DNA from: Octopus vulgaris
Taxonomy: Eukaryota
Length of the DNA stretch: 64,000 bases
Assembly (NCBI GenBank): GCA_951406725.2
Contig: OX597814.1
Span: 193,130,001-193,194,000 of the forward strand
Direction of reading: 5' to 3'
Made by a program: the position numbers and the translations under genes
Shown: in pieces, positions 25,626 to 39,962 of the stretch
How positions within the stretch are numbered: the first letter of the stretch is position 1
Layout of the letters: every line of letters begins with the position of its first letter
Notes under the pieces: model-generated
What the model saw: the letters and a program-made list of their open reading frames with translations, nothing else
Database searches by the model: none
Told to the model about the DNA's origin: nothing

Positions 25626-26975
25626 TGTGTACAGTGCTCAGGTGCACTACAACTCATCTAAAGTGTATATATAATCAGGTGTAGTTTCGGCGGATTTCGG
25701 AAAGCATGAGGGCCTTAAAAGATGCAGTGTCATGGCAGTCAACAACTGACGCAGGCAGTTTATTCCATGCTTCAGCAACTCTGAGCGTGAAAAAATGTTT
25801 CCGAAAGTCATGAGAGCTGTATTGTTTTCTGACTTTGTAGGCATGTCCACGTGTGTTAGACACATGGAGATCAAAAAGGTGTTCAGTGTTGTTGTTGGTG
25901 AGGTGGTTGATAACTTTGTGGGTGTTTACCAAGTTCGTCGCCAGACGCCGGAGCTTCAGTGAATCCATGCCCAGGGAAACAAGGCGCTCAGAATATGGTA
26001 GGTGTCTGATGGAGGGTATGCGTTTGGTTGCACGTCTCTGGACAGATTCCAGGAGGTCAATGTTCTGTGCAAGATAGGGGTTCCAAACTGATGATGCAAA
26101 TTCCAAGTGTGGTCGTACCATAGCTGTATACAGTTTTAAATAGATGGCTGGAGAGCGGCTAACAAAAGACCTGCTGAGTGATGCCAAGACACCCTCGGCC
26201 TTCCTGACAATCTTAGAGATATGCTTTGTCCAACGCAAATCACTGCTGACAGTGATGCCTAGGTCACGCTCGCAAGAGGATTTCTTGATATCAGTGTTGT
26301 GGAGGGAGTATGTGAACGCAGGGTTTTTTCTCCCAAAATGCATGGTGGTACACTTGTCCACAGCCAGTTTCAGTTGCCAGTCTGTGATCCATTGCTGCAT
26401 TGTGTCTAGGTCTGATTGCAGGAAAGAGTTGTAGACATCAGGATCTGTCCTCTTGATTTCAAGGTACAGCTTGATGTCGTCTGCATATTTCAATACTGTG
26501 GCATTCTTTAAATTGGCATCTATGTCGTTAATGTATGCCACAAACAAGAGGGGACCAAGGACAGATCCCTGTGGTACACCCGATGACATCTCATATGGTG
26601 TAGAGTGCTGTCCTAGAACTGTGACAACCTCCTTTCGGCTGAGGATGAAGGATTTCAACCATTTAAAAAGGTCATCCCCCACACCCATTGCAGAGAGTTT
26701 CACCATAAGCCTTTTGTGTGGCACAGAGTTGAAAGCCTTAGCAAAGTCAAGGTAGACAACATCCACCCATGAGCCACTGTCAGTAATCTGAGTAATGTCC
26801 TCAAGGAACTCGACAAGCTGGTCACTGCAGCTGGAGTTAGGGACAAATCCATATTGTGAGGGTCGGATGAGACTGTGAGAGCTCCAGAAGTTCCAGAGTG
26901 TTTCTCTGACACACGATTCCATCAGTTTTGCAATACAGCTAGTGAGACTGACTGGGCGATAGTTGACAGGTGATG
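25596..26975 (-). mobile_element. 5'-truncated CR1-type LINE with uninterrupted RT ORF and (ATT)n tail
   Basis: ORF 25675-27024: YRPVSLTS, YLDFAKAF, SGVPQGSVLGPLLF, YADD, VRPHLEFASSVWNP, TRGH; short 3'UTR then (ATT)n at 25596-25625. Confidence 0.95.
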
Positions 26976-27249
26976 ATTGACAAGTTGCTTCACCACATAC
27001 TGAAAATTTAGAAATAGCAGCCAAAGACAGCTCATTCCTTTTTACTACAGATGTTACTCCCCAGATAACAATATTTGTAACTCACATAAGCAAAAAGAAG
27101 AAAAATAACGAAATCAAACAGTCTTCGATTAATTATGGTCGCGTTTCTGGATTAGAATTATACAAATTTATTCCTATCCTCAGCATAATATTTCGATAAA
27201 TTATAAATTTGAAAATGCTAGGACCCTACCCTTTGCATTCCGACTATGC

Positions 27250-27299
<50 letters not shown>

Positions 27300-27689
27300 C
27301 GCCTGACGGAGCGTCTCGCAGTTTGTAGACCCCCCCTCACAGAAAACGTACCTATTATGTTTCTCCCGATGAAGAACATTAAGTACGTGTCCTGCAAAGC
27401 AGTCATCAATTAAGTTAGAACCGTAATGGTTAGCTTAATTTACATATTTGTGCTTCTCATTAATTAAACAATCTGTATTTTGTGCACAGCACAGTGTGAC
27501 ACACGAGGACTGAAATAAATCTAAGTTTCAGAAAGCCTGGCTGTGAGAGGAAATTATAAGAATGCACACAGATTCGGTGTTTGAAAAAAGTGCGAAGTCT
27601 CCTGACGGACTGTTTCCTAGAATTTTGACTGCTCTTGAGAGAAGACTTACCCAACCATCTCTCTGCGTATCTATATATGTACATGCATG

Positions 27690-27754
<65 letters not shown>

Positions 27755-28327
27755 TGTGAGTGTGTGTGTGAGTGTGAGTGTGTGTGTGTGCCAGTGTGTT
27801 CACTGTACTGGAAAGTAACGTCGCATCGTCACGCATATATTTTGAAGTCATATTTACTGATAAAGACTAAAGGCCGATTTGATCTTCAATATTGATTTTG
27901 GGGAGGTGGAAATCGATTACATCGATCTCACTGCTTACATCTTGGATGTTCTGCTAAGTTTAAAGTGGGAGGGCACGCTGACCGTGAGGGTGCCTGCAAC
28001 GCTACAACACACACAAAAAAATGAGACCAAACGTCCTTCTCGGCCCATAAGCTTGTAAGACCGGTTTCCCGGATTCTGTCGTGTATATATTAACCACCCC
28101 CGTCTTGATGAGACGTCGACCCGTCATAGGATTGCTCTGCACAAGAACACAACACAACGCATTGCTTGGTTCACAATCTTACATTCATAAGTGCAGCATT
28201 TTAACCGCTAAGCCGTTTGCCTCCGCACTTCTACATAAACATTTAAAAACAACAGCAGTATGATACGTGTTGCCAAGTCATAAACACTCGCAAATGACTG
28301 ACGGGTGAGGTTACAGTACACACATAA

Positions 28328-28358
<31 letters not shown>

Positions 28359-28393
28359 CATACATACATACATACATACATACATAAATACCG

Positions 28394-28425
<32 letters not shown>

Positions 28426-28581
28426 CGTATATATATATATACATACGTGTGTGTGTGTTGTGTGTGTGTGTGCGTGGTGTGTGGTGTGTAAGATATTTAC
28501 AAGCACAGCCAGCCCAAAGATAAATAAGAGCTTCTTCCTCTCGCGTAAATTTGTCTTTTGGTGTACTAATGTAAACACTCT

Positions 28582-28615
<34 letters not shown>

Positions 28616-29334
28616 AGTGAGCGCATGTATGCGCACAAACACACTCATACACATGCATGCATACATACACATATATGTGTGTTTGTGTGTGTATGCATTC
28701 ATATATACATACATATGTATATATGTGTTTATATATATAATCTTAACCGTTTACGTCATAGCTAATTGCTATACAAAAATATCTCTAGGTAAGCACTTCT
28801 ACTTAAAGATGTTCATGGGAATTCTATGACGTAGAAGCAAATAGTTCTTTCGGCAATTCCCGCACAAGAGCGCATGCGGGTGTTATACGCGTGTGCCTGT
28901 GTATGATTGTATGTATGTATACTTGTACGTATGCATATTGCTAAGTATGTATGTAAAAGTGTATGTGTGTGCTTGACGGAGGGAGGCGGGCTTGCGTGCA
29001 TTTGTGAAAGTATTTGGTTGTTTCCGGCTCATAAGTGCGTGTCTGGGTCGGTCTAAGTATCTATGTGCATGTTTGTAGGTAAATACGTAAACATGAATGT
29101 ATATATGTGTGCACGCATATAGGTGGGTAGGTATATTGGTAAATAAGTAGGTAGTTAAGTAGCTGTGTTCGTACACATGTATGTATATACGCATGTGTGT
29201 ATGTATGTATGTATGTATGTATGTATGTATGTATGTATGTATGTATGTATGTATGGATAGATGGATGGATGTATGTTTGTATGTATGTTTGTCTGTCTGT
29301 ATGTATGCATGTTTGTATGTATGTATGTACGTAT

Positions 29335-29666
29335 GCGCATGGCTCAATGGTTAGAGCGTCGAGCTTACGATCGTGAGGTTGTGAGCTCGAATCCCGGACC
29401 GGGCTGCGTGTTGTGTTCTTGAGCAAGATACTTTATATCACGTTGCTCCAGTTCACTCAGCTGTAGAAATAAGTTGTGACGTCACAGGTGCCAAGCCGTA
29501 TAGGCCCTTGCCTTTCCCTTGGATAACACTGGTGGCGTGGAGAGGGGAGGCCGGTATGCATGGGCGACTGCTGGTTTACCATAAACAACCTTGGCCGGAC
29601 TTGTGCCTGGGAGGGTAACTTTCTAGGTGCAATCCCATGGTCTGTGTCGTGACCGAAGGGGCTCTC
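29335..29666 (+). mobile_element. tRNA-derived CORE-SINE family D
   Basis: TGGCTCAATGGTTAGAGCG A box, GAGCTCGAATCCC B box, CORE-like TGTGTTCTTGAGCAAGATACTT..TTGCTCCAGTTCACTCAGCTG. Confidence 0.85.
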
Positions 29667-29897
29667 AGAATGTATGTATATGTATGTATGTACGCATGTA
29701 TATGAACATATGTATTTATGCATACCTGTATGTTGTTGCTTAATCCCAAGTCATGCGAGTTAAGCAACAAGAAAACACGTACATTTTTTTTTCTTTTTTT
29801 ATTTCATTGGACAATATTCTCCTTACTACAGTAAATGGATGATTTAATTATAATTTATCTACTATTTCTAGCAGATCGATGCTTCTTTGCTGGTTCA

Positions 29898-30465
29898 GCT
29901 CAAGGCCCGAAATTTTGGGAGAGGGGTTCAATCGATTAGATTGACCCCAGTGCGTAACTGGTACTTAATTTATCGACCCCAAAAGGATGAAAGACAAAGT
30001 CGACCTCGACAGAATTTGAACTCAGAACGTAGCGGCAGACAAAATACCTATTTCTTTACTACCCACAAGGGGCTAAACACAGAGAGGTCAAGCAAGGACA
30101 GACAAACGGATTAAGTCGATTACATCGCCCCCAGTGCGCAACTGGTACTTAATTTATCGACTCCGAAAGGATGAAAGGCAAAGTCGACCTCGGCGGAATT
30201 TGAAATCAGAACGTAAAGACAGACGAAATATCTATTTCTTTACTACCCACAATGGGCTAAACACAGAGAGGTCAAACAAGGACAGACAAACGGATTAAGT
30301 CGATTACATCGACCCCAGTGCGTAACTGGTACTTAATTTATCGACCCCGAAAGCATGAAAGGCAAAGTCGACCTCGGCGGAATTTGAACTCAGAACGTAA
30401 CGGCAGACAAAAAAAAAACGGTTACGCATTTCGCCCGGCGTGCTAACGTTTCTGCCAGCTCGCCT
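29898..30465 (-). mobile_element. Trimeric SINE-A
   Basis: Three ~180-bp central units; head at ~30465, type-2 tail at ~29900. Confidence 0.9.
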
Positions 30466-30586
30466 TTTACAGCTCAAACTGTGTTTAAATAAGTAAGGTG
30501 TGTTTTAGTTTGTTGCATTTCTCTACGGCGCTGTTACCAACTTTTTTATTATTTTTTTTTTGCTATTGGAGAATCTTTGAAATAAG

Positions 30587-30980
30587 CCGGTGAGCTTGCA
30601 GAACCGTTAGTGCTTCGGTCAAGAAATGCTTTGCGGCATTTTTTGTTCGGCTCTATACGTTCTGAGTTCAAATCCCGCCGACGTCATCATCGCCTTCATC
30701 CCTTCGGGGTCGACAAAAATTGAGTACTACTCAAGTACTAGAGTTGATGTAATCATCTTTTTCCCCTTCCATCGAAATTGCTGACCGAAACAAGTACAAT
30801 ATAAAAGATAAAAGACATAGATGCAGGCGTGACAGTGTGGTAAGGAGTTAGATTACAAACTATACGGCTCCGGGTTCAGTCCCACGTCGTATCTTGGCCA
30901 AGTATCTTATACTATAACTACGGGATGACTAATGTTTTGTGAGTAGGTTTGATAGACGGAAACTGAAAGAAGCCCGTTGT
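30587..30980 (+). mobile_element. Diverged SINE-A (30587-30785) followed by SINE-B 5' half (30822-30980)
   Basis: GTTCTGAGTTCAAATCCCGCC; GACGGAAACTGAAAGAAGCCCG. Confidence 0.75.
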
Positions 30981-31002
30981 ATAATCTATCTATCTATATT
31001 CT

Positions 31003-31396
31003 GTTACTTGTTTCAGTCATTTGACTGCGACTATGCTGGAGCACCACCTTTAATCGAACAAATCGACCCGAGGACTTATTTTTTGTAAGCCTAGTACTTA
31101 TTCTATCGGCCTCTTTTGCCGAACCGTTAAGTTACGGGGACATAAACACATTGACATCGGTTGTCAAGTGATGGTTGGGACAAACACAGAAACACAAACG
31201 TGATTTCAAATTTTAAAACGAGACCAGCAATAAAAGATTGACTTCTTTCTGTTTCCGTTTACCAAATTCACTCACAATATTTTGTTCGGCCCGAGGCTAT
31301 AGTAGAAGGCACTTGCCCAAGGTGCAACACAGTGGGAATGAACCCAGAACCATGTGGTTGGGAAGAAAACTTTTTACTACACCGCCACGCCTGCGA
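31003..31396 (-). mobile_element. SINE-B
   Basis: Reverse complement of family consensus with a small internal insert. Confidence 0.88.
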
Positions 31397-31409
31397 CTAT
31401 TTTTATATA

Positions 31410-31733
31410 TGAGCGTGTGTCTTTGTATCTGTGGTTGTCCCTTGCCTTCGTTTGACATCCGATGTTGTGTTCACGTCCCTGTACCTTAGCGGTTCGGTAA
31501 AAGAGACCGATAGAATAAAGTACCAGACTGGGGTCGATTTGTTCGACTATAAGTTCTTCAAGCGTAGGAGTGACTGTGCGGTAAGTAGCTTGCTTACCAA
31601 CCACATGGTTCCGGGTTCAGTCCCACTGCGTGGCACCTTGGGCAAGGGTCTTCTACTATAGCCTCGGGCCGACCAAAGCCTTGTGAGTGGATTTGGTAGA
31701 CAGAAACTGAAAGAAGTCCGTCGTATATATGTG

Positions 31734-31813
<80 letters not shown>

Positions 31814-32035
31814 CGTATGTTGGTGTGTCTGTTTGTCCCCCCCACAACATCGCTTGACAACTGATGCTGGTGTGTTTATATCCCCGTAACTTAGCGGTTC
31901 GGCAAAAGAGAGTGATAGAATAAGTAGTAGGCTTACAAAGAATAAGTCGTCCTGGGGTCGATTTCCTCGACTAAAAGGCGGTGCTCCAGCATAGCCACAG
32001 TCAAATGACTGAAACGAGTCAAAGAGTAAAAGAAT
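31410..32035 (+). mobile_element. SINE-B 3' fragment plus full-length SINE-B (31561-32035)
   Basis: Family consensus match. Confidence 0.9.
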
Positions 32036-32515
32036 GCGGTGCCCTGGCATGGCTGCAGTCCAAAAAATATATATAAAAAGAGGAAAAATGACTAAAAATT
32101 ACTTTTACGTATAATTAGCCTGTTTATCACTCTATCTCACAGCCCCCTAGCGATCTCTGGCGGAACCCTACGGTTCCGACTAAAACCCGGTGGGGGAGAA
32201 GTGCTGGCTTGCAGTAATATTGTTGCTATTAAATGGGCTGCTCTCTTATAGTCTAAACATACCACCCAAACCCCAATCACACACACACACGTACACACAC
32301 ATTTTCTTCCATTCACTCTCATATTCCACTCCGTTACGACTTCCATTTCTACTCCACGCTGCCGGCTTCACTTCCACTCCACTCAGCATCCTGGCTTCAC
32401 ATGTAAAAATTTCCCCTTTTTATTTCAGACTATTAAAACGAGCAACGTCTGCTTTCAACTCTCTCTCACACACTTTCTCTCTTACTTTCTCTCACTCACA
32501 CACTCTCTCTCTCTG

Positions 32516-32550
<35 letters not shown>

Positions 32551-33006
32551 AGCGCACATACACACACTCTCTCTAATTCTCTTTTACTGTTTCTATTTCT
32601 CTCTCCCACTCTCTCTCTCACACACATACACGCACATACACACACACACACACACGTAAACACACACACACGTAAACACACACACACGTAAACACACACA
32701 CACACCTATTTACGCAAATACAAACGCGAATGCACATACGCAGACACACATGCATATACACACACGCATGCACACACACACACACACACACACATATACA
32801 AACGCGTATAAAGACACGCGCACATATATATACCTATTAACAAACGCGTATGCACATACGTAGGCACACACACACATGCATGCACACATGCACACACAGT
32901 CACATGCGCACACAGTCACATGCACACGCATAATCACAGATCTGCACAAACACGTAAAATGCACACACACACATGATTCAGTCAGACACAGACATTCATA
33001 TACGAA

Positions 33007-33037
<31 letters not shown>

Positions 33038-33764
33038 GCACTAGATTTGTTTATTTTTTTGTTGTTGCTTTTGTACTCATTTTGTAACCTTCAGTTATAT
33101 TTTATTTGTTTTTTATTTACGTAGTTGATTCTAAAGTGGTAAGCTATTACCAGCATCCCCCAACACAACCTCCTTATGACAATACAACAACTATAAAGAA
33201 AAACAGCAAAAGCCTAATGTGAACCTACCTTCGTTTTACCATTCCGCACCCCCAACCCATCATGCCTTCCCATCGAAACCCTCATTTTAATCTTCCTTTC
33301 CCTTCTTCAACTTCCTCTCCCCGCTCCTCTCGCCACCGCCATTATCATTTTCCTTTCTCATTAACGCCATCGCTGTTGTAGTCGTCATCGTCGTGGTGGT
33401 GGTCGTCGTCGTCATCGCTTCTGTGTGTAAATAGTTGTTGCGATAGACTGAATCTGTTTATCTTTTAAAGTAGACCAAGCCGGTAGACAGACAGATAGAG
33501 AGAAGGAGAAAGGAAGAGAGAGAGAGTCAGACAGAAAGTGAGAGAGAGAGAACAAGAGACGGAAAGACAGACAGGCTGGCAAGCAGGAAAGCAGGCACAC
33601 ACACAAACACAAACACACATACATACACAAGGACACAAATAGAAATAGAGATGTAAATACAGATAGAGACAGACGGTTATATTTATGTATATATATATAC
33701 ATATATATATAAATGTATATATATATATATATCGCCATGATAGATCGGTAGCCACTACACGCAT

Positions 33765-33935
33765 TTTTTTTCTCTCCTTGTTTCTCTCGTCTTTTTTGTG
33801 TCCCTTTTTGTAGAAGAGCGTAGGCTCGAAACGTGAAAGACTTTTTCTATTCCTGAGCGTTATACTAATACATCTGTTTGTTTTGTACACCACCTGTCTT
33901 CGTCTTTTGTTTTTTTTTTTGTTAACTCTCTCTCT
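33765..33935 (+). mobile_element. Family P1 element with degenerate hammerhead-like fold
   Basis: CTTT-TTGTAGA-A-GAGC-GTAG-GCTC-GAAAC-GTG-AAAG, then CCTGAGCGTTATACTAATACA, ending at (TA)n. Confidence 0.75.
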
Positions 33936-33949
33936 CTATATATATATTC

Positions 33950-34354
33950 TTTTACTCTCTTACTTGTTTCAGTCATTTGACTGCGGCCATGCTGGAGCAC
34001 CGCCTTTAGTCGAGCAAATCGACCCCAGTATTTATTCTTTGTAAGCCTAGTACTTATTCTATTGGTGTCTTTTTCCGAAACCGCTAAGTTACGGGGACGT
34101 AAACACACCACCATCGATTGTAAAGCGATGTTGGGGCGGGGGGACAAACACAGACATGCAAACACACACACATATATATACATATACATATATACGACGA
34201 CAGGCTTATTTCAGTTTCCGTCTACCAAATCCACTCACAAGGCTTTGGTCGGCCCGAGGCTATAGTAGAAGATACCTGACCAAGGTGCCACGCAGTGGGA
34301 CTGAACCCAGAGCCAGGTGGTTCATAAGCAAGTTACTTACCATAAAGCCACTCC

Positions 34355-34355
<1 letters not shown>
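33950..34355 (-). mobile_element. SINE-B full length
   Basis: Family consensus match. Confidence 0.92.
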
Positions 34356-34405
<50 letters not shown>

Positions 34406-34619
34406 CACTGATAGATAGACAGATAGATCGACACCATTGACAGATAGACAGACAGACTAATCGACAGAAAGACCTAATTCACAGTCTGTAACACACTAGT
34501 TCACATGGCGTTCGTATTTGTGCATGCGGGTGTATAGGCGTATGCGTGTGTATGTAATTATGTGTGTGCATCTGTTCGTGGGTGATTTTGAAGCAATATT
34601 CAAATGTCCTGTTACTCGT

Positions 34620-34820
34620 TCATTCGTAAGCGCGCCGGACAAAATGCTTAGCTGCATTTCTTCCGGTTTTACGTTCTGAGTTCAAATTCTGCCGAGGTGT
34701 ACTTTGCCTTTCATCCCTTCAGGGTCGATAAAATAAGTACCAGTTGAGCCCTGGGGTCGATGTAATCAACTATGCCTCTCCTTGCAAAATTTCAGGCCTT
34801 GTGCCTGTAGTGGAAAGAAT
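34620..34820 (+). mobile_element. SINE-A (type-2 tail)
   Basis: B box and GCCTTTCATCCCTTCAGGGTCGATAAAATAAGTACCAG. Confidence 0.85.
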
Positions 34821-35299
34821 TATATTACTGGTAACAGTTTTTTTGTGCTATGGCCAAGCTGGGGCACCACATATATGTTGTTACTTGTATTTTTTAGCCT
34901 ACCATAGGGGTCCCTGCAATTATATTCAAACTTCTATATGCTTTATTTATTGGATCTTTTAAACGACAGTGTTGTGTCAAACGCATAAACACATATACGA
35001 ATATATATATATATATATATATATAACTAATGTAGGATAACATTTTTTTGGGGAAAAATTTTTTTATCAATAGCCAGCATATCAAAAAATACCTTTAAAG
35101 GTTAAATTTATAAATAATTTACAAGATAAGGGCAAAAGAAAAATTCTAATGCCAAATATGCCGAAAAAATGACAAAAATTGTCAATAAGCATTATAATTT
35201 ATGCGTCTCGAAACAAACCGATAGAAATTTCTAAAAAATCGTTATTACCGTATTGGTCCAATTTCGGGGGTTAATTCATAAGAATATATATATATATAT

Positions 35300-35904
35300 A
35301 ACCAAAAGTCCCACGGAGCCAAATCTGGGGAGTAAGAAGCCTGACGGTGGTATGTTTTGCTTGACGAAGAATGCTTGGACGACTTGGGCGGATTGAGCGG
35401 GTGCGTTGTCATGGTGGAGTTGCCACTTCTCTACTGCCCACGGGTCGGATCGTTTTCGTTGCACAGCTTCACGAAGGCGACGAAGAACCCCCAGGTAGTA
35501 TTCTTTGTTAATTGTCTGGCCACAACGGGGCTCACTGTCCATTGAGGTGCAACCATCTTTGAACTAGTTGTACCACTCCTTTATTTGTGTTTTTCCCATA
35601 GCATCATCTCCAAAGGCCTTCCGAATCTTCTCGATAGTCTGGGCTTTCGTATCATCAAGTTTTTGGCAGAATTTGATACAATATCTTTGCTCGGTCATCT
35701 TCACTGAAAAAAAAAATCGCACACCACACGCTTCTTGTTTGTACTCAACGCGTCACTGCGGGCGAATGGTGCAACCTACACAACACGAAAATTTTGCGCA
35801 TGCTCAGGAAGGACGCGACCACCCAATACCCATGCAGATTTTGCTCACGCATTATAACTTTGTGCAAAAGAACTCATGGTCGGATACTTACTGACTACAC
35901 CTCA
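35300..35904 (-). mobile_element. Internally deleted mariner (DD34D) element
   Basis: ATG at 35698: MTEQRYCIKFCQKL..KEWYN*FKDG..EPRCG joined to QTINKEYYLGVLRRLRE..LHHDNAPA..YSPDLAP.DF; TIR-like end ~35880-35904. Confidence 0.88.
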
Positions 35905-36814
35905 TATGTTATGGACAAAAGAAAAATAGTCTGTGAACTGCTCCAATAGAAAGCTAGAATACATGTCGGCAAATTATCTTATAATAATTCTGCTTCTTTC
36001 CCAGTTACTTACCCCGCCTGTAACGCTTTCACGTGATTAGTTGAAGGGAACAGCGACGAGTGAAAGAAAAAGAGGGTAAGGCGAAGAGTGAGAGATAAAG
36101 AGGGAGAGTGCTATGTGTTTCTATAAAATTGTGCATAAATTATATAAAGTGTATATATAAAGTACATTAAGTAATCATCGTATTCCAATTTTCTTCACTT
36201 TTCAATGACTAGCAGATGAGCGACTATCTATTGATAGACACAATACAGGCTACGCTTTCAGGCTTTTTGGAAAAGTTTTCAGAAATGACCCAATAGATTT
36301 ACCATTAATTGCGTGAAATATTCACCGATCCCGCTAGTCTTTTTCGCTATGGTCTACCGATATTCTATTAAGTCAAGTTTTGTAAGTTACCTAATCAAGG
36401 AAGTACGCTGACGTAAAACTGTCAGGTACCAAGTCCGGTCGAAACTGGAATACTGCATCGCCAAATAATTTGTAGTCTGACGGAAGTATAATGTAAGTAT
36501 AAGGTGCTGCAGTGTTCTTTCTGGGGAACTTAATCTACACCTGGGTCACTCCGAGGGATAGCTTAGATCGGCTTAAGTGAGCCAGCATCCTACTTTTGCT
36601 ATCAACGTTTATATGTGTATGTATATATGTGTGTGTGTGTATATCTATGTGCGTGTGCGTTTGTGCATGTGTGTGTATGTGTGTGTATATGCGTGTGTGT
36701 GCGAGTCTCTGTATGTGTGCATGTGCGAGTCTGTTAGTGTATGATTGTGCGTATGTGTATGTGCGTGTGTGTGAGTGTGTGCGTGTATGTGTGCTAGTTT
36801 CTGTGTGTGTGTTG

Positions 36815-37140
36815 TAGGCATGGTTGCACTCGTTTTGGAACCACGTGGTTTCGGGTTCAGTCCCACTGCGTGGCACCTTGGGTAAGTATCTTCTACTATA
36901 GCCCTTGGGTCGACTAATTCCTTCTGGGCGAATTTAGTTGACGGAAACTGTGTAGAAACCTGTTGTACACTCTATCATATGTGTCTGTGTACGTATATAT
37001 GTGTGTGAGTGTGTGTGTTTGTGTGTATGTGTGTGTTTCTCTCTCCCCCCACCACCACTTACCGCTTGGCAATCAGTGTTGGTTTCTTTACCTTCTCGTA
37101 ACGTAGCGGTTCGGCAGCAAAATTGAATAAATAAGTGCAA
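36815..37140 (+). mobile_element. Diverged SINE-B
   Basis: GGGTTCAGTCCCACTGCGTGGCACCTTGGG. Confidence 0.8.
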
Positions 37141-37274
37141 GGTGTTCAAAAAGTCTCTCCGCACACCGCGTCAGATTCTCCAAGTTTGTATTACAAAACA
37201 TGTGTGGAAGACTCAACTTATGTATTGAATATGAAGGACGACACTTTCAACACTTCTTATCAATTTTTTTTTAA

Positions 37275-37690
37275 GGCGCAGGAGTGGCTGTGTGGTAAGT
37301 AGCTTGTTTACCAGCCACATGGTTCCGGGTTCAGTCCCACTGCGTGGCGTCTTGGGCAAGTGTCTTCTACTATAGCCTCGGGCCGACCAAAGTCTTCTGA
37401 GTGGATTTGGTAGACGGAAACTGAAAGAAGCCCGTCGTATATATGTATATATGTATATATGTGTGTGTGTGTTTGTGTGTCTGTGTTTGTCTCCCCAACA
37501 TCACTTGACAACCGATGCTGGTGTGTTTATGTCCCCGTAACTTAGTGGTTCGGCAAAAGAGACCGATAGAATAAGTACTGGGCTTGCATAAGAATAAGTC
37601 CCGGGGTCGAGTTGCTCGACTAAAGGCGGTGCTCCAGCATGGCCGCAGTCAAATGACTGAAACAAGTAAAAGAGTAAAAGAGTAAGAGTA
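37275..37690 (+). mobile_element. SINE-B full length
   Basis: Family consensus match. Confidence 0.93.
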
Positions 37691-37939
37691 AGTCTTCTAA
37701 AGTCTAATTACTCTTTTGTAGTCTTATACCATCTCATAAATATTTATTTTGCAATAAAATATTTACTGCGGAGAGACATTTTGAACACCCCGTAGAAGTA
37801 AAAGAAAAAGAAATAAGAAAATACATAAGTGCCGGACTTGATCTGTTCGAGTAAAAAAAATCATAAGTATATTAATACAAAATACACTGTTACATACTGA
37901 GTATAATGCAAAATGAAATATGAACAATATCAACAATAG

Positions 37940-38151
37940 GAGCAGGAGTGACTGTATGGTAAGAAGCTCGCTTCCCAACTACATGGTTCCGGGTTCAGTC
38001 CCACTGCATAGCACCTTGGGCAAGTGTTTTCTACTATAGCCTCGGGCCGACCAAAGCCTTGTGAGTGGATTTGGTAGACGGACAAAATACCGCTAAGCAT
38101 TTTACTCGGAGTACTAATGATTGTGCCAGCCCACTGCCTTAACCATAATAC

Positions 38152-38201
<50 letters not shown>

Positions 38202-38378
38202 AGGCGCAATGACCCAGTGGTTAGGGCAGCGAACTCGCGGTCGTAGGATCGCGGGTTCGAATCCTAGATCGTGCGTTGTGAGTTTATTGAACGCAAACAC
38301 CTTAACGCTCCAAGAGTCTCCAGCAGGCGTTGGTGGCAAACCCTGCTGTACTCTTTCACCACAACTTTCTCTCATTCT
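37940..38378. mobile_element. Chimera: SINE-B 5' half (+), SINE-A head (-), SINE-C 5' half (+)
   Basis: Junction at AGACGGA ~38076-38082; SINE-C head at 38200. Confidence 0.85.
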
Positions 38379-38794
38379 TGATGCCTATGCATGATTATTG
38401 TTTTTTTATAGTGAGGAAAGGATTTGCCCAAATTCAGTCCCATTCTCTGAACATGGTCAGCATAAACTTGTAAAGAAGAACTAGTCTACATCATCGAATA
38501 TTGTCAGTGTCGCAGGTTTTCTTTCAGAGTTTCCCTCTCCCAGAGAGATGTTGTGACAACAACAGAGGTGGAGGTCTCCCACTCCGAGTTGGCCAACCGC
38601 GCGCCTGGGCACCAACCCAGGTATTTCCACGTCCCCGCGTATACATACATAATATACATAGTACACATATTGTTGGATGGTCGTTGACTGCTCATGAACC
38701 GTTTCGTCCTTTATATACGACGGGCTTCTTTTTAGTTACTTTCAGTTTCCGCCTACCAAATCCACTCAGAAAAACACTCAAACACAGATATATC

Positions 38795-39203
38795 TCTTTT
38801 ACTCTTTTACTTGTTTCAGTCATTTTGGCTGTGGCCATGCTGGAGCACCGCTTTTAGTCGAGCAAATCGACCCCAGGACTTATTCAGTGTAAGCCTAGTA
38901 CTTATTCAATCGGTCACTTTTGCCGAACCGCTAAGTTACAGGGACGTAAATACGCCAGAATCGGTTGTCAAGCGATATTGGGGGGACAAACACAGACACA
39001 CAAACATACACACACACACATATACATATATATACATATATACGACGGGCTTCTTTCAGTTTCCGTCTCCCAAATCCACTCATAAGGCTTTGATCGACCC
39101 GAGGCTATAGTAGAAGACACTCGGCCAAGGTACCACTCGCAGTGGGACTGAACCCGGAACCATGTGGTTGGTAAACAAGCTACTTGCCACGCAGCCACTC
39201 AGC
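38795..39203 (-). mobile_element. SINE-B full length
   Basis: Family consensus match. Confidence 0.92.
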
Positions 39204-39627
39204 CTAACTTACGCACACGTCCATATAAATATACAAACACACACGAATACGCATAAAAACCAAAGGACCTCACACTCACATCCATAAAAATAGACAACAC
39301 AAAGATCAAAGCCATTTGTCATCTTCTGTAATATTCTTCACTAAACTCTTGGCCTCGATAAATTCAATAGAAATGCCACTCTAGTGATTCCTCTATTTCG
39401 CTGACCATTCCTCATCTTCAGTTTCTTTCCTCTCCCGCCACCCCAGCCATTAATTTCCAATATTATTTCGCAGAATTTTACTTCGCAATGAGACATTTTC
39501 TTTCTCTTTATAGCATTTCTCACCTCAATTATGAATAACAACATTTTCTTAAAATGAAGGCTTTCTGTTTTATTTTGTTCTCAATAAACATTGCAACGAG
39601 TCTGTCTGCGTGCGTGTGTGTGTGTGC

Positions 39628-39676
<49 letters not shown>

Positions 39677-39732
39677 TTTTACTTATTACAGTCATCAGAC
39701 TGCGGCCATGCTAGGTCATCGTATTGAAAAAA

Positions 39733-39897
39733 GGTGCAGGAGTGGCTGTGTGGTAAGTAATTTGCTTACCAACCACATGATTCCGGGTTCAGTCCGACTG
39801 CGTGGTACCTTGGGCAAGTGTCTTCTACTATAGCTTCGGGCCGACCAAAGCCTTGTGAGTGGATTTGGTAGACGGAAACTGAAAGAAACCCGTCGTA

Positions 39898-39962
<65 letters not shown>

